A DNA stretch of 64,000 bases from Amoebophrya sp. A120 (taxonomy: Eukaryota > Protista > Dinoflagellata): the NCBI GenBank assembly GCA_905178155.1, contig CAJINV010000003.1:5339700-5403699 (forward strand). The letters are read 5' to 3'. The notes beneath the pieces are model-generated. The model worked only from the letters and a program-made list of their open reading frames with translations. It searched no databases and was not told the origin of the DNA. Position 1 is the stretch's first letter; each line of letters opens with the position of its first letter. Shown here piece by piece: positions 12,562 through 23,300 of this stretch. The position numbers and the translations under genes were made by a program.

Positions 12562-12918
12562 TCGCAAGCGAAGGGAGACTGGCAAGTGGCGAAAAGCTGG
12601 GCATCAGTTCATGCGAAAAGGACGGACAGTAGATGAAGTTTTGGAAAAATCATGCACATCAAACTGGGGATCTAGATGTGATTCAAACATTTAACGCACA
12701 GTAATATTCATACAATGCGCCTGCCGCGTACCGAGGAACGAAGGGTGATATCGAATTTAGTCTGGTGATATTTTTACTGCGCCTTCGCAGCTTCAGCTAG
12801 TAGCTCTATCCTCTTCAGACAATCGACAGGTTGCCGGCCCGATGAGATAAACTTTTTTGATTTTCTGAAACGCTACCAAATTTACGAATGGTTACGAGGA
12901 CGCTGCCATGCGATCTTA

Positions 12919-14895
12919 GTGGACGGCGCGATAGTCATCCGCTGGGAGCCTATTGTCGGAATGGGCCAGGGGCCCAGACTCCCTCCGGCGTTGTGGGTCG
13001 TTTACTTGGCTGACAGCGTGGAGCAGCTAGATCGCACCATCATCAAGTTGCTCCCGGAGATTTTCGCCGACGACGTGCTTCTCCTCTTCGACTTCGATGC
13101 CAGGACAGTGGAGGAGGAGAAGGCTGCTGCTGAGTCCCACGCTGCAGACTGGCAGAAGAGGACGGGGCTGACCTTCGGCAAAGTCGAGTGGCTAAAGGCC
13201 ACACGCGGCAGCGGGGGCGATAGCAGCTTTTTCGAGTACTTGGGCTTCATGTTGCAAAGCTGCGGCAGCACGGAGCGAGAAGTAGACCGGCGGCAGGTGA
13301 AAATCCTAGCCAAAGCCAAAACACGCTCCAGCCAGCCCAGGGAGGAGCGTACACCGGCCGAGGACATCAAGTTCTTCAACGAGCAATGTCGTAGTCACCT
13401 CAACTACGCAGCGGCGGCCCTTTTCGAAGGCTTGCAGGACGACCAGGCGGCACAGAAGGAGCTGCGAAACACAGTGGCAAAGGCGCTGCGGGCATCCACA
13501 GGTTTGTCCTCCCTCTACCCGGTGCAGGCGTCCTTCGACCTCATCGGCATGGGTTGTCCTCTGATGAACTTGCAGGTTGAGCATGAGACGATGGAGTATT
13601 TCCTGCAAGGATCGGTGAAGGGGCACGCGGTAGCAGCAGGTGGACTGCATCAGCAGCCGGAATGGTTCGACGAGGCGCGAGTCAAGATCTACACTTCCAA
13701 GAAGGTCTACGAGCGTTTCGGGATACCGCACGGCAACGAGCAAGAACTGGCACAGGAGATGGAGCAGCAGCTGTGCGCGATGCCGATCCCCCAGGAGGAG
13801 TTCCGCGCTAGCTGTGACGGGGGGAAGCTTGCGGGAGCAGGCTCCGATCAGAAAGCACACCGGGCCAACTGCTACTACGAGACAGCAGAAGATCAGCAAG
13901 CAGCAACATACCGGGTGTGGTCGGTTTTCCCGCAGTTTGATGTGGAGACGATAGCGCTGGACCAGTTGGTGAAGATCATCCACGAGGAGCTGCAGGCGGG
14001 GCACACGACAGTGAAGATCTTCACCGACGCAAATGGCGTGCTCCAGGCTTTGGAGAACAGCTGCAGCAAGTAGGAGAGCAAGACAAAACTCCGGAAGGGG
14101 ATCAACAAGATCCTGTCAGACCACACCAGCGCCACGATAGAAATCTTCTGGGTGCCATCGCACAGGGGCTTCAGGCTCAATGTCATGGCGGACGCGCTGG
14201 GGCCCATGGACGCCAATCCGGGAGAAGCGGACGAGGAGCCGATAACGAAGCAGCGGGTGAAGCTTCTCGTCCGGGAGGAGCGGAAAAACACACATGAAGC
14301 AGTGGAGGCGGAAGCGGATCGGGATGTGACCACACTGCTCAGGGCCACCAGGATTCGGAAGCTTGGCAGGATCGAGCTGGCCGGGCTCACCCCGACACAG
14401 CAGCGGGTCGCGATGTCGTTGTGGTCGGGCGAATCGTTCCTGCCTATCACAATGGTTCGGAGGTGTCAGCGCGGGTGGCCGGTCTGCCGGCTCTGTGGGG
14501 GTGATGTCAAGGTGAAGCGAGTACAGGGAGGTGCTTGGATCAAGGGCTTCAGGGAGGAGGACGAGGTGCAGGACGTGAGAAAGTTCACAAGAATTGTGGA
14601 CCACTTGCTGGTGGAGTGCCCCGCAGTTCCAGAGGCGACGAAATACGCAGGGGCAAAGGCGCACACGGCGATTTTGAAGGCGCCAAAAGTCCAGATGAAC
14701 AGGTTGATGGACGCAATCCAGGAGCCGCAGAGCAAGATCGACCTCGCGCACCCCTGGCCATACAAGGCGAGGAGCGACAAGCCAACACGAGCGGAGGAAA
14801 TGGCGACGATGCCGCGGGTGTGGCTACAGGAGGGAAAAGAAGCGCTGAAGAAGAGGAGGATCGGTGATGAAGGAGCAGAGCGTGAAGGTGGTTGA
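12919..14895 (+). mobile_element. 5'-truncated non-LTR (LINE-like) retrotransposon ORF: RT C-terminal half + RNase H + CCHC finger, with one internal TAG
   Basis: RT motifs GMGQGPRLPPALW, FADD and EYLGF; RNase H motifs IFTD...WVPSHRG..N..AD; CRLC...H...C finger. ORFs 12919-14073 and 14152-14895 are in the same frame, separated by TAG at 14071-14073. Confidence 0.85.
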
Positions 14896-16807
14896 AGAGA
14901 TGTCACTACCCAGCTCCACCATAGGCCCTAGGCAACGAAACAGTAAGAACGCTCCTGCTCATTAGAAGAAGAAGTAGATCCGACAGAAGGAAGACGATCC
15001 AGCAAGAAGAAGAAAATGAAAAAGATCACCATGACGTAGCGCAAGCAGCTACTAAGTTTTGCGAAATCTTTTCACGGACAAGAACTCACGTTCTCCTCCT
15101 TTCAGATGATGAGAAGGGCAGTGGCGGCAGATAGTAGTGATGTACAAAAAGATCGTTTGTTCCAGTCCAAAGAGAAGATCCGCCTTCTACACTACGGAAG
15201 CCTTTTCTAATAGCGGAGAACCACCAGGATCAGAAACTGTTCGCGACCACCAACGCTTTTCTCACAAAACAAACGCGTGCTCTATCTACTAGGCCTTTTG
15301 TAGAAGATCCTGCACATACCAGTACTACGGATAGGAAGAAGCGCATCATCTCCAACAGTTTTACCGTGGCGCGCCACCAGACCTGATAGGATCCGATGGA
15401 GAATCTTTTGCTTTTTGTTGTTGACACGGAGGAAGAAGCCGTACCTGGCAGCTCAAGCTGCCACAAGAGAGCATCAAAGCGGCGTGTCAGAGATGAACAA
15501 GAACAATCCAAACCGCGAAATGAAGAAAACGGAGGATGGGTTTCAGGGTAGGGTAAAGGGTTTTAGGGAGGTAACTGGGAGATGCAGGGCGTAACTCCGT
15601 GTTTTCCTGCGTCTCCCGGTGGCGTTTGCGTACCGCTACCAGAGCCTCGGCTCGGGTAGCGCAGGCAGGAAGGGCTAGAAGAGGAGTCTAGCTTAGGACC
15701 TGCCATTTCTATGGCGCCTGTTCTGACGCAAGGAAGGGCAAGCAGAGGCGGCTTGTTTTGGACCTTGTGGTTGGGCGGAGGCTGGCGGGAGCATTACGGA
15801 TGAGGTGGTAGTTTTGCTCCAGTCTGAAACCAGGGCTGAGGAAAGGCTCCGGCAGTTCTTCTCCCAGGTAACTCCCCGAGCTTGGCCGTTCACTACTAAA
15901 ACGGGCGGTGTTTCGTCAGGCTCCGGTGGCGACTGGTTGAGACACTAGTTGCCAGCTATTTACAAACAGGAACATAGTTAGTATTGCAGACAGTTACTCG
16001 CTCGCCTGAAGAAGCGAGCACACAATTGATTTTCTGAAACGCGCAACGCAGCTGTGATTTTTTCCCCTGCTCGGTGATTCCACTCGGGACTACTCACTGG
16101 CACTCTCAAAATGGATGGAGTCACCAGACTATATCGCGCTAAACGACGTTTGGTCAAACAAACAGGTAAAGTTCTGACAACGAAAAAGTTCTGCAAAAGA
16201 AAAGCGGATTTTGCAGATGCATGACGTAGATGCAGGTGGACTTCCGCTTCTCGCCCCCGGTGCTCGGTCAGCAATCACTCCCTTTCGATGATGTTATTAT
16301 AAAATATATGCATTTTGCGGGTGGTAGTACAACGAACTGCATGATGCTCCACAAAGAAATTGCGATAATAAAGCAGCAGAAATCCACGACCTCCGTCGAA
16401 TACATAGCAAAGGATACAGCAGCAGCGTCAGCGTGATGTGGATACTAACAGCTATAGTTTTCTATCATTAATCTTCTCAGACGACCTCTATTATAATGAT
16501 GAAAAGTGCTGGGAATGGGAAAGAAATGAGCACCAGAAGTCCATAATTATAAATATGCTAGGCCCTTCCATCACCAAAAATTGCTTTTACTATAAACTCA
16601 AAAACCCCAGGGATGAACGTGCTTCATTTTTGCATGAGACAGAAGCTGAAAAAAAGATTTTGAGCTTTCCCTCGAATTGATCCCTTTGTAATCGGTGCTG
16701 GTTCTACCAGCATCAAGATCAACAAGTTGAATTTATTCCACCAGTTTTCCATTTCCAATTTCCAGCCGCACGAATAAACAACATACATTCACATTGACAT
16801 TGACGAA

Positions 16808-19381
16808 ATGTTTCGCGCTGGCAGGGCTGGTTTGAGAATGGCAAAGCAACCGCAGGTACTGATCGACGTCCACACGCACATGTACTATCCGGCCTACATG
16901 GAGTATGCAACAAAAAAGGTTGTTGTTGTGAACTTTGTGACGCGCAACACGCAAGATAATTGCTGCGTCTGCCATGCTGGTCATGCTCTGTAGGGCCCGT
17001 TCACGCGCATTGTCACGCACTGTCTGCGCATGACATGGTTTTGCTGCCATGCCAGGCAGTGGTGATGTTGAAGTGCAGGGGTTCACGAATGTATTTACCA
17101 TGCATTTTCAGGTCTCACGGTCTCACCACTCAACGCAGTGCACGCACATCCGAGTTATCGGGGGATGGGGGTCGTAAACGAAAAGAAAATAATGATAAAC
17201 CCTACGGCCGGCGTCGTGGATCCCACGAGCATCCCTCTGTCTGTTACTTATATGCAAGACCGATTTGTGATGCTGTTCGTTTACATTAAAAATAAAAATG
17301 AACGACAACTACCATTTTTTCTTGTATAGGAAGGTTCTGCGGCAACGGACCGCGATCCCCAAGGTGGTTCGCAACGCGAAGAACGAGGAGCGACTGGTGA
17401 TTCTGCCTAACGAAGAGATGAACGCAAGTGACACGACCAACATCGGGCGACCGATCGGGGCGGAGTATTTTGATGTGCGCGAGAAGTTGCAATTCATGGA
17501 TGCGTATGCCTTGCGAATGTATCGTGTTGATAGTCTTTTAAAACGTGCATTGTTCTCTTCTTTTTCCCAAAGCAAAATGAACTTCTGAGGGACTTTGATG
17601 TAGTGGTACGAGAATGAGTATGTGTATGGTGATAAGTGCAAAAATTCCAATTGGTACTACGACCACGTGGTCTACTATGATCCGATACTTTTGCCCCGGA
17701 TAAAGCGCACGGCATCTCGCACTCCATCGTCTCCCTTGCGAATCCGTGGCTGGACTTTCTGACCTCGGATGCGGAGCGCGCCGCGGCCCCCGAGACGGCC
17801 CGCAAGCTGAACGAGGATTTGAACACGATGTGCGCCGGCGCGGCGGCCGACAGCCGTTTGTTCGGGTTCGCGGTTTTGCCGACCACCGCGGGCGGCGCCG
17901 CCTGCGCCCGGGAGGTCGAAGCCTGCTTCCGCGCGCCCGAGCCGCACAACAGTCACTTGAAGGGCGTGATTCTGGGGACCAGCGGTGTGCTCGGACAGGG
18001 CCTGGACGGGAAAGAAATGGAGCCCGTCTACGCCGCCCTGGAGCAGCAGGACGCCGTGCTCTTCATACACCCCCACTACGGCCTCGCGGGCGAGGATCTC
18101 AGCCGCTACGGGCACTCCCTGGAGCTGGCGCTCGGCTTCCCCATGGAAACCTCGATCGCGATCTCCCGTCTGATTTTATCCGGCGTACTGGACCGCTATC
18201 AAATGTAAAAATGTCTGGGTGTGGAAACTTGTGATGCAAGAAAGAAAATGTTGATCACACTGTAATGCGCTTTCCAGCATGACAAGTTTTTGCGTGCGTC
18301 AGAGTTGCGCACTCCGCATGAGAAACTGCGTTTTTGCAAGACAGACAGGAGGACCTCTTCGCGGGCACGCAATACAGAGTTTAGAGGCATGCCAGACTAG
18401 CATTACAAATCTCGCAATCTCCCAGACCCAGACATATTTGCAGTTCATAACCGCTACCCAAACTTGAAAGTCTACGTCGCACACGCGGGCGGTGTACTGC
18501 CCTACCTGCAAGGACGCCTTGACTCCTGTGTCGGGTACATTTATTTTTGAGCACTGCATTCAAAGTTGCTTGTTGATCTTATCTTCTATCTTCATCTTGA
18601 TGCCTCCACGAAATAATTGTTTATATGATCGAGATATAGTTGCATTTACCCTGAAAACATAAAAATCGAGCGGCTTGATGGTTGTTGATGTTGTCCCGGG
18701 CTTCGTTCCCAATCCAGCGTATAATTAGCAGTAGGACTCCCCGAAAAACTACTACACAAAGGTACGAAAAGCAGATCGTGCTGCAGAAGAAGCCGTCCGA
18801 CTATTTACGGGACCTGTATTACGACGCCATCATTTACAATCCTGACTGCCTATTCCAGAGAAAAAAGCCCACGTAATACAAAAAAGATACCCCGCAGGAA
18901 CAAGTTGGTCTCGGAAGATGTTTTAGACAGCAGTTTTTGCATATTGCACTGGTTCTTCGCATTCGCTCATGACGCATTTTTATAGGCTTGTATGTAGTGA
19001 GGTCATAAATTCTAAACAAGTATCACGATGGTGCTTTTCTCTACTCCGGGATACTGCTTGAAGTTACTTGTTGACACGGTCGGCGCGGACCGTATCATGT
19101 ATGGTACCGACCACCCCTTCTTTCCGCCTACCGAAGGTGAGCAAAAATGGAAGTCGGCCTTGAAAATCCAGGAGATTGTCCCGGAAGAGCACCGCGAAAC
19201 CATCTTCGGCAACACAGCGACGCGGCTGTTCGGCCTCGAAAGCGAGGTGGCAAAAGCACTGTCACATGGCATCACAAGCGCGAGCGGCAAAAACGGGAAC
19301 AGCGCATCAGAAAAAACGCGGGGCACTTTTGAACAAGGTCAATCCGCAGGAGAAAGCGGCTTTGCACAAATGAAGATGTAG
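16808..19381 (+). CDS. Uracil-5-carboxylate (iso-orotate) decarboxylase, IDCase-like amidohydrolase (ACMSD superfamily), 6 exons
   Basis: Spliced protein reads IDVHTHMYYPAYM.VLRQR..RLVILP..GRPIG..KLQFMDAHGI..SLANPWLDF..ILGTSG..GLD..FIHPHYGL..LALGFPMETSIAISR..AHAGGVLPYLQGRLDSC..YDAIIY..GADRIMYGTDHPFFPP, matching fungal IDCase motifs as I recall them. Exons ~16808-16903, 17334-17504, 17708-18196, 18455-18534, 18762-18850, 19059-19381. Start may instead be ATG 16838. Confidence 0.88.
16904..17328. mobile_element. Introner #3 (family E, expanded copy)
   Basis: TATGCAACAAAAAAGG...CCATTTTTTCTTGTATA; TSD TGGAG/GGAAG; body homologous to #13 and #18. Confidence 0.8.
17505..17702. mobile_element. Introner #4 (family B, degenerate)
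   Basis: TATGCCTTGCGAATGTATCG...CGATACTTTTGCCCCGGATA; TSD ATGCG/AAGCG; gives FMDA|HGIS. Confidence 0.8.
18197..18449. mobile_element. Introner #5 (family A, TAT..TGCAAA.ATGTCTGGGTCTGGAA TIR)
   Basis: ~30-bp TIR; perfect TSD ACCGC; gives GVLDR|YPNLK. Confidence 0.9.
18851..19053. mobile_element. Introner #6 (family C)
   Basis: TATTCCAGAGAAAAAAGC...GCTTTTCTCTACTCCGGGATA; TSD CTGCC/CTGCT; gives YNPDC|LKLLV. Confidence 0.8.
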
Positions 19382-20377
19382 TTGGTGTCTGAGGAACGCA
19401 AAAGATAGTGGCTCTGCTTCGCAGACGAAACCAGCGCTTACTTACTCCTACCGCAATGTCAGCTTCATATTTATACATTAGTACTTTTCTAATTCTTCGG
19501 TCGCAAAGAACAAGTACTCCAGTACTCACAAGCAATCCGCTTTTTGATGTTTTGCCGGATAATATGCAACTGTACCTCTTACCTGCTCGCTTACAAAACC
19601 GGGTCCATAAGATCATACGCAGATACATGTCTCCCTTACGCAAAAAACACACCAGAATGTGAACTTGCAACATGATTCGAATCGCACTGCAGCTTTTCAT
19701 CTACTTAAATCAATCTCGCTGATATTACCATGCAACTGCGAGCAGACTCCTTGCTTCGATGCGGACATTTAAGGACCCTGTAGGTGAACGAGAACGCAGC
19801 TCGTCGTCCTCATACAGCACGCAAGAGCACGCCACCTCAAGGATAACGCTTCTGCATTTATAGAAGGATGGCGCGCTATTTCGACAAGCAAAAAGGATCG
19901 CGTGCGCTAACGGCGATCGCAGCGTTGCAGCGTGCAGAAAAAAGAAACGGAGTCGGCAAAGTAGCGCGACATAACTCTATCTCCATGTAGATGTACTTAT
20001 GAAAAGTATTGCCTGGATGAAAGTTTCGCCTTCTTGCATGTGCAGCCCGCGATGAGTCAAGTCTTTTTGCCACTTCTTTGAGTAGATAAAGCGGGCCCTC
20101 TCTTCACATTACTACATGACATTTGACCTCTTGTATCCCATGCAGCTGCTGCGCATACAGTTTTGAATCCAGTGTCATCAAGTACATCTGGGTGAGGTAC
20201 TAGATAATTTTATCGTTCCTCCCGAAGCTAGCATAGCGCTATTGTTGCTTTGTTATCGCTTGATTTTTCTTTTGATTTGTAATTCTAATTGTATTTGTAT
20301 TTTTTTTCACTTTCTCTCTCTCACTTTGACTTTACATTTCATCAATCGCTACTATCCCTAGAACTAGAAGAACCCCG

Positions 20378-23300
20378 ATGTTAGCGCTATCCCATAGTTT
20401 GCGAGGATCTTCGGGAGGTCACCAGAGCAAGGTTTGTGGTTTGACGCGGCGGCATATCAAATGTAAAAATGTCTGGGTCTGAAAGAATGCGCGATTTGTC
20501 ATGGAGCTTTTCCATGACCCATGAAGCCTGGAATGCAGGACCTAGCATGACAGATTCTGTGCGATCTCTCTCATGCCTATCCTGCATGAGAAACTCCCTT
20601 CCGACATGGTCAAAGCTGGACGATTGTTGGTAATCACGCAACACAGATTTTCGCATGCTTCAGATTTAGCATGACAAGCTTCAATGTTCCAGACCCAGAC
20701 ATTTTTACATTTGAGACGGCATTTCGGAGCTAGCGCAGGAGCTGCGGCGGTCCGGCACATGGGAGCGACTTCGAAGATGGGAGAAACATGCATGGGCCAG
20801 CGGCACAATGACGCGACCACAGGTGCTGCGCACCGGGCACCTTTGTCCGTCTCGTCCTCCTGCAACACCCAGCAGCGGGCACTGCCGTTTGTGAATCACT
20901 TCGTGAATGGCCGACTGTACGACGGTCGTGCCGGATCTGCTGCTGGAAAAGACACTGCTGCTAAAAATCCAGGGAGCAGGGAAGATGAAGTAGACTGTGA
21001 GGAACCGGAGCAGGAGATGACCACATCTAACAATAACTACAGTAAGGACGTTACCACGATGAAGACGTCGATGCAGGTGGTGTCTCCGGTGTGGGGCACC
21101 CCGGTGTCTGAGTTTCCGGTTGCGAGCGAACAGGTTGTGCGGGACACGGTGAGCGTCGCGCAGGCCGCGTTCGATCAGAAGCACCGCTGGGCGGGGGATC
21201 GCGGTCGCCGCGTGCGCGCGCTGCAAAAGATGGCGGAGAAGCTGCGCGACCCCGCCGTCTTGCAGCGACTCGCGGAGTCGGAAACGGAACAAATTGGCCG
21301 GCCGCTGCGCGAGATGCGGTTCCAGCTCGGCCGCCTGCACGAGTGGTTTGATTACTACGCCGCCGTGCTGCGTGTGCACGAAGACAGCGTGCTGCCGACC
21401 ACGGGAAACTTGAACTACACGAAGCGCGTCCCGCTCGGGGTCGTGGCCCAGATTACCCCGTGGAACCACCCCTTGCTGATCACGGTGAAGAAGTTGGCGC
21501 CGGCCCTGGCCGCGGGAAACGCCGTGGTCGTCAAGCCGTCGGAGCTTGCTCCGAATTCCATCATCCTGCTCGCGCAGCTCTTGCACGACGCGTGCAACGG
21601 TAGCACCAAGAACACCAGCAATGTGGAAAACACACCGGACGATATCACTTGTAAAAACGTCGTCCTCACCCCAGAGTTGTCATGCAAAAATCTGCATGCT
21701 GAGAAGAAAATATTTCTCATGCGGATCCCCATGAGAGGCATTTTCTAGGGTGTTTCGGAATTGGTCAGGCTCCAAGCAGCATGATGGATAAGCTAGATCT
21801 GTGATACTGCTGCACGAGCTAAACAGGATTACACTTCTACGAGGCCACACCTGTCATAAAGCTTGGAGTGGAGATTTGTGTTGCAAATTTACCAACTTTG
21901 CTATGGATAGGACGTTTTTCCACAGGATAGACGATGGGGAAAACCTACTGCCCGACGGCATTTTGAACATTCTTCTCGGGGATGGGAAGACCGGCGCCGC
22001 CTTGGTTCAAGACCCCCGGATCAGCAAGGTGGACTTCACCGGTGGACCCGGCACGGGCAAGGTGATTGGCGCCGCTGCGGTATCCTGTGTTAAACTTTTG
22101 CCACCCCCGCATAAGTACCTACGCGTACGCACCTTGCATAGAAGAAGTTCTCGGATTCGCACTTGCAGGAAGGTGTGCGATGCGCCTCCGCATTTTGAGA
22201 GGCATAAGCTTGAGTCTAGGACGAGCTAATGCGTCACGAAAAGCAAGTTAAGTTGCTCTGTGTAGTTGCTCTGTGTAGTATGGTGGAAGTTCTTGCTCTG
22301 TGTAGTTGCAGTTCATCTTGTGCCCATGCTGATAGTACTCTCCGTGCTCCTCCGGCATGCGCATGAACTTGCCATGCGCAAACCGCGTTATAAAAGATTG
22401 TTGATTTGTGTGAAGAACAAACGGAAAGAGTTAGAACAATTTGCATCCTGCCGATGGACATTATCATGGGGGGCTCCGAAGTTTTCACACAGGATACGCG
22501 GGGGCAAACCTCGCCGGCTACATCGCGGAGTTGGGCGGCAAATCACCCATGCTTGTGTTCGAACCGGGTGTATGCATTGCAAATATGTCTGGGTCTTGAA
22601 GTTTGCAACTTGTTGTGCTAAATCTGAATCATGCAAAAAATCTGTGTTGCATGATTACCAAAAGCAGTAGTTTTTTACCAAGTTGAGATGGAAGTTCTCA
22701 TGCAGGACAGGCATTATAGACTAGATCTCACAGAATTTGTCATGCTAGGTGCTGTATTCCAGACCTCAAGGATCATGGAAGACCTGCCTGACAAATCTTG
22801 CATCCTTCCAGACCCAGACATATTTGTTCTGGATAGGGTGCCGGGTTGGTCGGCGCCGACCGCGAAGCCTACCTGGACCAGATGGTCAATGGCGTTGTGT
22901 TCGGGTGCTTCATCGCCAGCGGGCAGACCTGCATTGCCGGCACGCGGTTGCTGCTGCAAGAAAGTCTCCGGGAAGAATTTCTGGAGAAATTGGTAAAGAA
23001 GGTTGCCGCGCTCCGCGTCGGCGATCCCGTGAAGCCGGAAACTGGGCTGGGTCCGGTCATCACGGGGAAGCAACTCGATTTCATCCAAGACACGGTTAAC
23101 AAGGCTGTCGCCGCCGGGGCGAAGGTTCTGTGCGGGGGAAAGCGAAAGCAAGGTAGAGCGAAAATAATTCAAAAGAAAAGCACAAGACAAGTATGTGTGC
23201 CATCGTTCCATTGATTCATAAAACTAAAAGATTTTCCTGGTGCTCTGTCTTGTTTCGCACGTACTAGTAGTTTACCATCATGAAGAGCAAGTACTTATCA

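Noticed and set aside
12794-15958. CAGCTA as a TSD for the LINE fragment
   Set aside because: A 6-mer that also occurs internally; element ends are not independently defined.
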